Shown here piece by piece: positions 16,289 through 26,121 of a stretch of 32,000 nt of DNA. Under the pieces are notes generated by a model. It searched no databases. It was not told the origin of the DNA and saw only the letters and a list, made by a program, of their open reading frames with translations. Positions within the stretch are counted from its first letter, which is position 1, and each line of letters starts with the position of its first letter. Source of the DNA: Sulfolobus acidocaldarius DSM 639 (lineage in GTDB: Archaea; Thermoproteota; Thermoprotei_A; Sulfolobales; Sulfolobaceae); the NCBI RefSeq assembly GCF_000012285.1, contig NC_007181.1, forward strand, positions 420,001-452,000. Reading direction: 5' to 3'. Both the position numbers and the translations under genes were made by a program.

Positions 16289-17026
16289 ATGGAGCTTGAG
16301 AAGTCGATGATAGTGAAGTTCACAATATCTCCTACAGCATTAATATATATGACAGGCATGATGCTGTTAGACAGTGTAGGACTCTATTTTGCATTAAGCT
16401 CTGTAAAGAACTTGGAAGTAGGAGCAATCTGGTATTCTTCTAGCGTCTTACTGCTCTCAGCGAGCATATCAGCAGGCTTTTCAAACACTCTCATATACCA
16501 GTCCTCGTCATTAGCTTATCTGATAAGATTCAGTAAGCTAAAGTTAATGAGATATGTGATAAGCCTATTACTTGGAGTCTCTGTGTCAGTAGTACTCTTC
16601 TCCCTCCTCTTTGGAGGCATCATAGCACCACTCGTCGCTAAGGTGGCTATTGGGGTAACTCATACCTTTGTATCCCTTAGCAATATAGTTCCCTTTACCA
16701 TTTCAGCTTTGGTAGCTGGATTTTTCATAGTCTCATTAACATTTCTGGTTATAGTTATTCTACTCCTAAAAGTAGGGGCCAGAGCCTCTAATTACGTCTA
16801 CATAATCTTCCTTGCACTATTGGTACTAACCCAACTATCCCCACAGACCTCCTCATTGAACCCTATTTTCTTAGCCGAAGATGCAATAACTCACTCAGTG
16901 ATAAACCAGCACTTCAGCCCATACATCCTAGAGCTTCTGGGATTCTCTTTACTCCTGAGTTTTCTCAGTACTACATTACTCAGGAGGCTAGAGTCTCTTA
17001 GGCTAGAGGAGGTAATTTGGAAGTGA
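16289..17026 (+). CDS. ABC-transporter permease-like membrane protein
   Basis: 245 aa with about 6 TM segments. Its stop overlaps the start of the ABC ATPase gene by 10 nt. Confidence 0.7.
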   Translation: MELEKSMIVKFTISPTALIYMTGMMLLDSVGLYFALSSVKNLEVGAIWYSSSVLLLSASISAGFSNTLIYQSSSLAYLIRFSKLKLMRYVISLLLGVSVSVVLFSLLFGGIIAPLVAKVAIGVTHTFVSLSNIVPFTISALVAGFFIVSLTFLVIVILLLKVGARASNYVYIIFLALLVLTQLSPQTSSLNPIFLAEDAITHSVINQHFSPYILELLGFSLLLSFLSTTLLRRLESLRLEEVIWK

Positions 17027-17649
17027 GTATCACGATAAAGGATTTAGTAGTGTCGCTTAAGGGAACTCGAATACTGAAAGGGATAAATCTTGTAGTAGAA
17101 AATACTGTAGCCCTCTTGTATGGGACTAACGGTTCTGGGAAGACTACGTTAATTAGAGCTATATCTGGTCTTATCCCTTATAGCGGATCAATAAAGATAA
17201 ACGGCAAAGAGGTCAGGAGTGCGAAGAATCTTTTAGAGTACTCCACAAATTTACCAGAAGTTTATTTCATAGGAAACACTGTCCTTGATACTGCGAAGAT
17301 AGTAGCAGAACTAAAGGGCGGTGACTTGAGAGAATTTCTCGAGTTAGTGGAAAGATTCGGCCTGGAAAGTAAGAAAGTTATCAATAAGCCTTTTTACAAG
17401 CTATCAACAGGGGAGAGGTCTTTGGTAACATTATCCCTTGCCCTCTTCGCTAAGCCAAGAGTCTGCACACTCGACGAACCGCTAGAAAATGTAGATCCAC
17501 AAAAGCGGGAAAAGGTAATCAGAGTCATCAGGGAGAGAGTAAAGGAGGGAATAATAGTGACGCATGATAAAGACTTAGTCAAAGTGTTTAGTGGGACACC
17601 AGTATATACAATGATAGAGGGAGAGTTGTTTGAGGGTATTAAAGTCTAA
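17017..17649 (+). CDS. ABC transporter ATP-binding protein
   Basis: Walker A GTNGSGKTTL, signature LSTGERS, Walker B CTLDEPLENVD, and H-loop-like IIVTHD. Confidence 0.85.
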   Translation: MEVSITIKDLVVSLKGTRILKGINLVVENTVALLYGTNGSGKTTLIRAISGLIPYSGSIKINGKEVRSAKNLLEYSTNLPEVYFIGNTVLDTAKIVAELKGGDLREFLELVERFGLESKKVINKPFYKLSTGERSLVTLSLALFAKPRVCTLDEPLENVDPQKREKVIRVIRERVKEGIIVTHDKDLVKVFSGTPVYTMIEGELFEGIKV

Positions 17650-17755
17650 TAAGAAGACAAAGAGAAGTTCAGAGAGGATAGAAATAGCCTGCTGGGCCGG
17701 TTGTTGGTTTAGTTGCTGGACTTCACATGTACGTGATGATTGTGAAACTAAATAG
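17630..17755 (+). CDS. Cys/Trp-rich small peptide P3 (41 aa from a TTG start overlapping the ABC ATPase 3' end by 20 nt)
   Basis: My translation: (L/M)RVLKSNKKTKRSSERIEIACWAGCWFSCWTSHVRDDCETK*. The frame opens only after TAG at 17615-17617, and TTG is the only start candidate. The core DNA gcctgctgggccggttgttggttt resembles the P1 core. It is conserved with P4 at protein level. Confidence 0.55.
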   Translation: MRVLKSNKKTKRSSERIEIACWAGCWFSCWTSHVRDDCETK

Positions 17756-18204
17756 TTTCTTTGGCTCCCAGATAATGTTGCTAAGCACATGTAAATTTGC
17801 TGACTTCCTTTAAGCACAAGGGGCTAATACTTATTATTTATTCACCTAGTCCGCTTGGCCTTCTTCAAACATTCATACTCTCTTTAACCTATGTAGAAGG
17901 TTAGCTTTTCATTCGTCCCCAACAAGTACTGATTACTAGTCCCTTATAATAGAGTACTTAATGTAGTCAGAGTAGCACCTGTAAACATGAATCAGTGTTC
18001 ACTGACTACACGTTGATACGTTTGAAGGCTAACGAGTTAGCTGATAAGTTTGAGGAATCTAAGAAAAACGTCAGCGAAGTTTATAAAAATTTGTAAAATG
18101 ACGTTAGTTAATGTTGTCTACTTTCACTTCAACGATTTTTGATCTCAAATCGAAAGTTGATGAAGAAGACCATAAGCCCATCTCCTTTAAATGTCAATCA
18201 AACT

Positions 18205-19323
18205 TTAGGAGCCTTTGTATAACGCAATTATGAACGCTAGCAATGACAAGATGATAAACAAAACGTACAAATAAAATAACAAGGTCGAACTAATCTGGTA
18301 TAAGTAACCTGAAAATGCCAAGGTAATAGCTGTAGATGAACTTGATATTCCAGAAAGAATCCCAAATTTTACTCCCCTTCCTCCAATTTTAGCCACTTCC
18401 CCAAAAAACAGTACCTCCCATGCTATTGCTGAAAATACTAATAGAGCCATCATTAAAAAGCCGACAATTGTCGTCTTCGTGACCGTGAGTAAGTAGAAAG
18501 AGACCCCCTCAAGGGTGTACGCTGATATCAAGATTTTTCGTGAAGCAATTCTCCCTATTAATGGAGGAACAACTGTGTATAATAAGGTTTGAACCGAATA
18601 GAAAATTCCTAAGGTCGTTTTATCGAAACCAAAGTGTTCAACGCTGTAGATTATCAGTATGTAACTATCAGGTGACGCTACAAGAGAAAACAGACCCAAG
18701 GAGATGGATAAAATTACTAACCTTGTTTGTTTAAGTTGCCTAAGTGCCGAAACTATTCTGCGTTCAGTATTAATGGTTCCTTTCACTTCAACGATTTTCA
18801 ATCTCAATACCGCACTAATTACATTAACGAAAGAGGAGATAAGAAAGGATAAGCCATTACTAACCAAAAAGGAGCCTAAAAATGGCCCTATAATACTTGG
18901 TATTGAGGCTACAGATAAGAATAATCCATATGTTTGGGCTGGCCTTTTAGACTCAGCAATTATTACTCTAGATGCTACCGAAATAAAGGTAGGAATTAAA
19001 CCCAAATTCAGGATTATACAAGCTAGCGAAAAATCTCTTAGGCTATATGTTATTCCAAAGTACAGGCTAAAGTTTAGCGAGGAAGCTACGATAGTAAAGA
19101 AGAAAAGAATTAATCGAATAGAATATTTATCAGCTAAGATTCATGAAAATGGAGACGATACAATTCCCAGTAGTGTTATAATTGAATATATAATTCCTTG
19201 TAGTGTTACGTCTATACCTATTCTCAGGAGGATTAATGGTAGATAAAAAATCCACAGAGAGTTACCAAAGGTCAATAATGAAGTGGATAATCCTAGGTAG
19301 AAAAAATTATCTTTTTTGATCAT
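18205..19323 (-). pseudogene. MFS-type transporter interrupted by one in-frame TGA (19141-19143)
   Basis: Track ORFs 19141-19323 and 18205-19005 are in the same frame. Reading through the stop gives ...GIVSSPFS*ILADKYSIRLILFFF...NLGLIPTFISVAS... (about 372 codons, 10-12 TM). The stop occupies the Gly position of the MFS loop motif G-x-L-A-D-(K/R). Confidence 0.7.
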
Positions 19324-19945
19324 TTCTATTCGACCTATGGCATCCTGGTATATCTTCCATCAAATCTCTAGTTAGTAAATACATAATGAACCTTGACCCT
19401 CCCCTACATAATGTTTTTAACTCACTATGGGAGCATTTTTCAGGATATTTAAACTCTTTAATTCTTCTTAATAAATCATTTTTCTCCCAAATTTCCTTTC
19501 GTGTTATTCTTTTTATATTGACTAGACTTAGCTCTGAAAAGCACGAAGCCTCTTCTTGCCCAAATACATCTCCACTAAGTGCTACTATTAAACTTTGCCC
19601 CCAGGTATTAGGTAGAGGTCTGAGTCCTTTCATGATTTCAACATCAAAATCAAATAAAATGCTTTCTTCATAACTGCTATTTAATTTATGTTTTATTTTT
19701 AGTACTTTGTCTATCTCTTTTTCGTCTGAAATAAGGAGAAGTTCGTAGTTAAAATATATATGACCCACTCTAAGTAGTTGGTGAGTTCCCACAAACTCGA
19801 ATCCTATGTCAAATGCCCTTTCTATGATTTCCTCTACATAGTCTATATATGGCCTTATGAGTACAACCTGACCAGTTATAACTATTCTGGCGTTTGTAAA
19901 ATTCAAGGCACTATTTAATCTTTTATTAATTTCCGCTAGAATAAA
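19307..19945 (-). pseudogene. Radical-SAM/SPASM-domain protein, N-terminally truncated and with degenerate Cys motifs
   Basis: ...ARIVITGQVVLIRPYIDYVEEIIERAFDIGFEFVG resembles the post-CxxxCxxC 'GGEPLL...TNG' region. The C-terminal ...SCFSELSLVNIKRITRKEIWEKNDLLRRIKEF..EKCSHSELKTLCRGGSRF...IPGC resembles a SPASM domain, but C..C has become CSHS and CxGGC has become CRGGS. No CxxxCxxC is found upstream, where the frame is closed by TGA at 19946-19948. Confidence 0.4.
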
Positions 19946-20181
19946 TCACTTCTTTTAATATCTATCCATATATGAGATGTTAAATTAATTCTAGCTACTT
20001 CATTGAGACTGAGTAAAACATAAATGTTGGTGTGTAGTTTTTGCGGTAAAACTCAGAAGAATTTTTGGCCCTTTAAGAACCTTTAATACTCGTTTTTCAA
20101 CTTTATTAATGGTTCAGCGATTTCTCACGTATTACGAATCGTTATAAATCATGATAGATAACTATATTACTGGACTTTAAA

Positions 20182-20438
<257 letters not shown>

Positions 20439-20554
20439 AGGCAGATATACTATATAATCATTTAAATTATAAATTTTTCCGCGTTAGCCCTTTGAGTTGA
20501 AATATATAAGCTAAGACGAAGACCAAGATTAAAAAATAATTTTATTTTAGATAA

Positions 20555-20959
20555 TTAAATCGTTGGGTTACCGTTTATCACTATTTGTATAGGCCCCTTG
20601 AAATCAGACATTGGAGCAGTTATAGTTACATTAACCAACATATAACTTCCACTCTTTATGTCAAATGGTGTAGGTGGATTTGTGGAAAATACCTGAAATG
20701 GTGAGGACACTGTTATACTACTTATTTCTGTAGTGGCTATTCCAGATGATATGTTAAGTGTTATAGTAAATTTTTGTCCACCATGAAGATTTATAGTAGT
20801 GTTAGAATAGTTTGTTTTAATATACTTTATAAGTAAATTATTCTGATAAGTAACATATACACCGGTAACAGTTACACTATAAAAATAACCGCTAAAATAT
20901 AGGTATGCCACCGCTGCTATCAATATAATTGCTATTACCGCTATTACAGCTCCTTTCAT
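20555..20959 (-). CDS. Hypothetical membrane-anchored protein (N-terminal TM plus beta-rich extracellular domain)
   Basis: 134 aa. N-terminal hydrophobic helix MKGAVIAVIAIILIAAVAYLYF, followed by a Thr/Ser/Asn/Ile-rich domain. Confidence 0.65.
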   Translation of the reverse strand: MKGAVIAVIAIILIAAVAYLYFSGYFYSVTVTGVYVTYQNNLLIKYIKTNYSNTTINLHGGQKFTITLNISSGIATTEISSITVSSPFQVFSTNPPTPFDIKSGSYMLVNVTITAPMSDFKGPIQIVINGNPTI

Positions 20960-21020
20960 TTCATATTTCTACATATCTAAAAATATTTAAAACTATTCCA
21001 TACATCTATCTATAAGTTAC

Positions 21021-22124
21021 CTATTTTCCCAGCATTCTCCGCATATTTTTATCGAAAGGAGGATAGATAATTCCATACTCTGTTATTATTGCAGAAACAT
21101 ATTTAGGTGGTGTTACGTCAAAGACTGGGTTGTAAACCTTTACTTCTTTGGGGCTAATATAGACTCCCTTTATGCTTCTGACCTCATCTGGGCTACGCTC
21201 CTCTATTTTCACCTGATCTACTGTACTTATCATATCAAAGGTTGAAGAGGGAGCTAGAGCATAAAATGGTATGCCAAGTTCATGAGCTATAACAGCCTCT
21301 TTAAATGTCCCAATTTTATTGAAAACATGCCCATCAGACAGTATCCTATCTGCACCGACCATAACACTGTTTACCATTTTCTTAAACATAACTAAACCTA
21401 CAGCTGTATCCGCAATTAACGTTACAGGTATATTCTCTTCCATGAGTTCATAAACAGTTAGCCTACTTCCCTGAAGCCATGGTCTCGTCTCAGGTGCAAT
21501 AACAGATACTTTAATCCCTAGAGCATTGGCTAATTTTGCTGGGGCTAGAGCCGTGCCTAATCCAGTCCCGGTAGCTAAACCACCTGCGTTACATTGCGTG
21601 AGTATTGTATCACCGTCATTTACCTTTTCTATACCGTATAGTCCTATCTTTAATTCAGCCTCATATTCCTCTTCAAATATTTTATTTGCTTCAATCTCTA
21701 GCAGTTCTTTAAGTTCTTTGACACTCTTTGCATTTCCCTGTTCCACTAGGTCCTTAGCTTTATTAAGCATCCTAGAGGTAGCCCACATTAAGTTTACTGC
21801 AGTAGGTCTTGATTCGTCTAATATTTTTTTAGCTTTTGTCAGATCACTTATGGCTTTTTCTAGTGAGATACTATCTTGAATAGCTAATACCATACCATAA
21901 CCAGCGGTAATTCCTATTGCCGGTGCTCCTCTGACTTTCATAGTTCTAATGGCATCTGAAACCTCCTCTACCTTAGTTACATCCACGTAAATCTTCTCAA
22001 AGGGCAGACGCGACTGATCGAGGAGTGTTAACTTAGTTTTATTCCAGATTATTGGAAGTAATTTAGGTTTGAATATTTGCTTTATCTCCTCTAACTTTAC
22101 CATTGGTATTAAAGGAAAATGCAA
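21021..22124 (-). CDS. mtnA: Methylthioribose-1-phosphate isomerase / aIF-2B-family protein
   Basis: [18 protein letters not shown]...[14 protein letters not shown] and the GADRI...NKIGT region are typical of the eIF-2B alpha/beta/delta-like MtnA family. The true start may be the internal Met (MVKLEE...). Confidence 0.8.
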   Translation of the reverse strand: MHFPLIPMVKLEEIKQIFKPKLLPIIWNKTKLTLLDQSRLPFEKIYVDVTKVEEVSDAIRTMKVRGAPAIGITAGYGMVLAIQDSISLEKAISDLTKAKKILDESRPTAVNLMWATSRMLNKAKDLVEQGNAKSVKELKELLEIEANKIFEEEYEAELKIGLYGIEKVNDGDTILTQCNAGGLATGTGLGTALAPAKLANALGIKVSVIAPETRPWLQGSRLTVYELMEENIPVTLIADTAVGLVMFKKMVNSVMVGADRILSDGHVFNKIGTFKEAVIAHELGIPFYALAPSSTFDMISTVDQVKIEERSPDEVRSIKGVYISPKEVKVYNPVFDVTPPKYVSAIITEYGIIYPPFDKNMRRMLGK

Positions 22125-22195
22125 AAATATTAAACTTGTCTATAGAATTGAAGATGAAAGAAAGCTTTTTAGTTAAATTTCAGCAAAGTATATTT

Positions 22196-22268
22196 AGCCG
22201 GGTCGTCTAGCGGTCAAGGATCCAGGGCTCTGGCCCCTGGGACCAGGGTTCGAGTCCCTGCCCGGCTA
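22196..22268 (+). tRNA. tRNA-Gln (CUG)
   Basis: AGCCGGG-UC-GUCU-AGCGGUCAAGGAU-C-CAGGG-CUCUGGC-CCCUG-GGAC-CAGGG-UUCGAGU-CCCUG-CCCGGCU-A. It has an A1:U72 pair typical of archaeal tRNA-Gln and anticodon loop CUCUGGC. Confidence 0.85.
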
Positions 22269-22446
22269 CCTTTGTGGGGATACCCACACCCCCATTCCTC
22301 ACGTAAAATTTTACTATCTTATCTAAAGGACCAACATAAGTTTACTTCATTTTATTTCCTTCAATCTTCTCTAAGGAGTAAAGATAATACCGACCGTAGA
22401 CCTCCCTTATTCTTATATCACCAAATGAGAAAGTCTTATTACCCAT
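22269..22446 (-). pseudogene. int: Second SSV-type integrase N-fragment, dead (in-frame TAA at 22342-22344), running into tRNA-Gln
   Basis: Minus-strand translation: [61 protein letters not shown].... This is homologous to Int(N) at 20182 (...[41 protein letters not shown]...). Confidence 0.7.
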
Positions 22447-22600
22447 ATGTTTTTATCAGACCTGCACTTTTTAAGACTTGATAATTATCAAATCTTGCCT
22501 AGAGTTGAAAACTCATAAGCTGTATAGCTCAACATTTTATTCCATTAAATGTTATCAACTAAAATCAGGCTGGTTTATGGCATACTAAGTCCGGAAAACT

Positions 22601-23578
22601 TTAGCTGCTCTTTCTGATGTTTTTTTCATACTCAACAAACCCCACTTCCTTTATCACATTCCTTACTACGCTAGAAGCCCAGTCTAACATGGGTTTTCTA
22701 TATCCGATCTTGTTCAACAATTTTCTCCAAAAAGGCGCATTTAATCCTGCACCAGCAGCCAGTGGATGACCTCCCCCACCTAACTTCTCAGCGAATCTTC
22801 TTATATCTATAATGTTACTCCTAAACGATATTGATTTACCATTAACTGAGGCGAAGACTATTGAGTTGTATCTATTCATGAGATATTGTGAGGCATAACT
22901 AATATCTGGTGGACCTTTCCACCTCACAGCCACTACAACTTTTCTTCCATCTATTTCTAGTACTCTTATATGTTTGTGTAACTTAGAGTATCCATTAATT
23001 TCTCTATCTACCTGGTCTTCAAGTATTTTTTCAAATTCTTCATCCCAAATAACTCCGTTGTAAAATTTGTTGATTAGATATTCCTTCCACTTAAAATCTT
23101 TGTTAGATTCGACTATTCTTCTAAGCTTTTCACCTAAGGGATCATCGTGAAGCCAGATATCAACTGCACAATCCGCTTTGGCAAGCTTGGATGATACCTC
23201 GTCATCTGGATTCAAATTCTTGTTAATAACTCCTGCACCACATGTTGTCACATCATGATATACTGTAACGCCAATTTCTCTAAGTTTGGTCTTCCATTCA
23301 TCTTTCCAGACATGATGATCGAACCACTCGATCTCTGCACCCTCTGTCTGTAGTCTATTTAATTGAGTCAGAATTTCATTTAGGGTAGATTGGTTTATAC
23401 CTATGTCTGCAATCATGATCTTTTTTATTCCTCTTAACTCTAATGATTTCAAAAGATTGTGTATTTTCGTAGGTTCGGTAAAGAATACTTTAGTTGGTAA
23501 TGATCCGACGGCTCGTGCATAAACTGCTGCAGAAGCAGTACCGTCAAAATCGTTGTGAACTATAGCATAATAATCCAT
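22601..23578 (-). CDS. DHH/DHHA1-family phosphoesterase (NrnA/RecJ-like)
   Basis: HNDFDGTASAA (motif I), ADIG, FDHHVW (DHH) and GGGGHPLAAG (DHHA1 GGGH). Confidence 0.8.
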   Translation of the reverse strand: MDYYAIVHNDFDGTASAAVYARAVGSLPTKVFFTEPTKIHNLLKSLELRGIKKIMIADIGINQSTLNEILTQLNRLQTEGAEIEWFDHHVWKDEWKTKLREIGVTVYHDVTTCGAGVINKNLNPDDEVSSKLAKADCAVDIWLHDDPLGEKLRRIVESNKDFKWKEYLINKFYNGVIWDEEFEKILEDQVDREINGYSKLHKHIRVLEIDGRKVVVAVRWKGPPDISYASQYLMNRYNSIVFASVNGKSISFRSNIIDIRRFAEKLGGGGHPLAAGAGLNAPFWRKLLNKIGYRKPMLDWASSVVRNVIKEVGFVEYEKNIRKSS

Positions 23579-23594
23579 ACTGGTGTTATTTTCG

Positions 23595-24197
23595 TCATAA
23601 ATTAGTAATAAATTTAATTGAATCAGAATTTCCTATCCTGCCTTTATATAAGAAATTGACTTGTCTAAGAGTAGAATAGTAATCAAAATCTGTAATTGCA
23701 GATATTCCATCCTTAACCAACGTCACATTATACCATCTAAGTGCAGCACTACCTGCAGTATGAAGCACGCATATATTAGCTACTGTACCAGTTATCACAA
23801 CGTTCTTTATTCCCTTAACCCTTAATATATAATCTAAAGGACTTTCAAAAAATGCATCATATCTATATTTTCTCACTATAAAGTCTTCTTTATCCGGTGT
23901 TAATTCCTCAATTATCTCAGCTCCCCATGATCCAGCTAATGCATGTTCCCCCCAGATTTTAAACTCTGGATCATCTTTCATGTGCCAATCCTGCGTGTAT
24001 ATTATCAAAGAGCCTGAATCCCTAGCCTTATGAATTAAGCTCCTTATTGGATTGATTGTAGACTCAGCATTTGGTACATATAATTTACCTTCTCTTCTTA
24101 CAAAATCATTTTGCATATCAACGATTACCAAAGCAGTGGTTTTTGGGTCTAACTCTATAACCTTTTCCTCAGGGATATCTGGCACATCTATTTTCAT
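23595..24197 (-). CDS. pncA: Isochorismatase-family hydrolase, probable nicotinamidase
   Basis: ALVIVDMQNDF, TQDWH and the catalytic-Cys context ANICVLHTA. NAD genes are nearby. Confidence 0.6.
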   Translation of the reverse strand: MKIDVPDIPEEKVIELDPKTTALVIVDMQNDFVRREGKLYVPNAESTINPIRSLIHKARDSGSLIIYTQDWHMKDDPEFKIWGEHALAGSWGAEIIEELTPDKEDFIVRKYRYDAFFESPLDYILRVKGIKNVVITGTVANICVLHTAGSAALRWYNVTLVKDGISAITDFDYYSTLRQVNFLYKGRIGNSDSIKFITNL

Positions 24198-24222
24198 ATG
24201 TTATAATACGAACACATGTTTT

Positions 24223-24813
24223 TTATTCTTTTTTCTTTAGCTCTTTTGATAATTTATCAGCTAATGCAAGAACTTTTGGGTATCCATTCCTTGACAGTTC
24301 TACGACATCATCTATATCTACTTTATTTCCTATACTATAATAGTATTTACCTACTTTAACTCCAACCTTATCACCATTAACAACTATAAAGTTTGTAGAA
24401 CCCTCCTCTACTATGTCCCCATAAAGTTTTGACTTAGCGACTCCGATAGTAGGTTTGTCTAATATCACACCTATTACACTTGCAATACCACTTTTCCTAG
24501 GATGCGCCATACCATGACCATCAACCAATATTAGATCACATTGGAAGCTCTCTACAGCTTTAATCATCAAAGGTGCTTCTCTCATAAACAGATATCCAGG
24601 TATATATGGGAAATCCACTTTTCCTTTAACATATTTATGAAAATAGTCTTTCCCATCAAACATCACCGACACAGCATACCCTATATTTCCCTTATAAGCT
24701 ATATCAACACCACATAAATTCTTTATATTTTCTATACCTAATCTTTTTATGGTTATGTTTTTCGATATAAATATCTGGAGCTTAGAAAGAAATTCTATCA
24801 TAAAATCTTCCAT
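24223..24813 (-). CDS. nfi: Endonuclease V
   Basis: GVDIAY...[37 protein letters not shown] matches the EndoV core (DG.G..HPR..G.A...G.....P.IGVAK). Confidence 0.85.
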   Translation of the reverse strand: MEDFMIEFLSKLQIFISKNITIKRLGIENIKNLCGVDIAYKGNIGYAVSVMFDGKDYFHKYVKGKVDFPYIPGYLFMREAPLMIKAVESFQCDLILVDGHGMAHPRKSGIASVIGVILDKPTIGVAKSKLYGDIVEEGSTNFIVVNGDKVGVKVGKYYYSIGNKVDIDDVVELSRNGYPKVLALADKLSKELKKKE

Positions 24814-25265
24814 TTATCTTTCATCTTTTCTACTTTAAATACAAAAAGTTCCTGCTCATAAGTTTGAACTGCTCCAGGTCTTACTCTTCTAACTTCTTCA
24901 ATAGCCTCTTCTGCACTCATATTCTCCTCTAAAACTAGATAACTGGCTAGGATTGTCCCGGTTCTTCCTATGCCCCCAACACAATGAACTAAGTTTCCTT
25001 TATCTTTTCGTAACCATTTATAGATCTCAAGAAATTGATTTTCACTAGGTGCACGCCCATCTGGAATAGGAGAGTATAAATATTCTATATTAAAGCTCTT
25101 AAGTACTGATATATAGTACTCTAGGCTACCCCATGCTTCATCAATCTCAAACTCTTCCGGCAATACTAAGACTCTTTTCACACCCTCATTTATCCATCCA
25201 ATTATTTCATCCTGTGTATAAGGAATGGCTGATCCGCCTATGACATGCTTTTTTACCCAATACAT
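24798..25265 (-). CDS. Protein tyrosine/dual-specificity phosphatase
   Basis: CX5R P-loop [10 protein letters not shown]. 155 aa, similar in size to the archaeal SsoPTP type. Confidence 0.8.
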   Translation of the reverse strand: MYWVKKHVIGGSAIPYTQDEIIGWINEGVKRVLVLPEEFEIDEAWGSLEYYISVLKSFNIEYLYSPIPDGRAPSENQFLEIYKWLRKDKGNLVHCVGGIGRTGTILASYLVLEENMSAEEAIEEVRRVRPGAVQTYEQELFVFKVEKMKDKWKIL

Positions 25266-25335
25266 GTCTTCATCACTCTGAAGATCCGCTGTTCTTCATC
25301 TGTGTTTTTAATGTAACAAGAGTTAATATAAATTT

Positions 25336-26121
25336 GTGATAAGATTATCAACAGGTATATATGAGTTCGACAAGCTTATTGAAGGAGGAATACCTCAAGG
25401 TTTTTTTGTAGCTCTGACTGGTGAGCCTGGAACTGGTAAGACAATATTTTCTCTTCATTTCGTTGCTCAAGGGTTAAAGGAAGGAAATCCCTGTGTTTAT
25501 GTGACAACAGAGGAAAGTAGAGATTCTATAGTAAAGCAGGCTAAGCAATTCGGCTGGGACTTTGAAGAACACTTGGATAAAAAGCTGATAATAATTGATG
25601 CATTAATGAAGGAAAAAGATGATGAATGGTCGCTTACAGAATTAACAGCTGAAGAACTCATAAATAAAGTGATTTTGGCTAAGCAAAAATTAGGTCATGG
25701 TTATGCGAGGCTTGTAATAGATTCAGTTAGTGCACTATTCTTGGATAAACCAGCTCTTGCTAGAAAGATTAGTTATTATTTAAAAAGGGTGCTAAACAAG
25801 TGGAAGTTTACTATCTATGCCACGTCACAATACGCCATAACAACCTCTCAAGCCTTTGGATTTGGTGTCGAACATGTTGCCGATGGTATAATTAGGTTTC
25901 GTAGAAGTGTAAAGGATGGAATGCTACGTAGATATATCCTTATCGAGAAAATGAGACAGACTAATCATGATAAGTATATATGGGAAATAGATATTAGGGA
26001 AGGGAAAGGAATAGTTCTAATCGGAAAACTAGACCTGAGGCGGGAAGACACATCTTTACCCAAAAAAGTAATGGATAAAATTAAGGAAGCTGAATCAAGG
26101 AAAGATATGGAATTAAGTTAA
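25336..26121 (+). CDS. KaiC-like / RadA-paralog RecA-superfamily ATPase
   Basis: [38 protein letters not shown] (Walker A) and Walker B-like [13 protein letters not shown] start. Confidence 0.75.
   Translation: MIRLSTGIYEFDKLIEGGIPQGFFVALTGEPGTGKTIFSLHFVAQGLKEGNPCVYVTTEESRDSIVKQAKQFGWDFEEHLDKKLIIIDALMKEKDDEWSLTELTAEELINKVILAKQKLGHGYARLVIDSVSALFLDKPALARKISYYLKRVLNKWKFTIYATSQYAITTSQAFGFGVEHVADGIIRFRRSVKDGMLRRYILIEKMRQTNHDKYIWEIDIREGKGIVLIGKLDLRREDTSLPKKVMDKIKEAESRKDMELS

Noticed and set aside
17617-17755. P3 as a frameshift/readthrough extension of the ABC ATPase
   Set aside because: P3 is in the +1 frame, so it is not a readthrough. I see no convincing slippery site. The TTG start conserved in register in both P3 and P4 is the simpler explanation. 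Frameshift fusion cannot be excluded from sequence alone.
17575-17817. 80-aa minus-strand ORF containing QQLNQQPAQQ
   Set aside because: Its Gln/Pro-rich stretch is simply the antisense reading of the TGG/TGT/TGC-rich core of peptide P3. P3 is the frame conserved with its paralog P4.
18704-19246. 180-aa plus-strand ORF (and 18540-18734)
   Set aside because: It lies entirely antisense to the MFS transporter gene, whose minus-strand reading has a coherent multi-TM pattern. The plus-strand product has no motif. It is a typical shadow ORF in an AT-rich genome.
20024-20086. 20-aa ORF MLVCSFCGKTQKNFWPFKNL (CSFCGK zinc-ribbon-like) upstream of Int(N)
   Set aside because: It is too short, has no paralog and no CW-core, and has no supporting signals. 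It is probably chance or a relic.
22272-22481. 69-aa plus-strand ORF after tRNA-Gln
   Set aside because: It is the antisense shadow of the dead integrase N-fragment, which gives a clear homology-supported reading on the minus strand.
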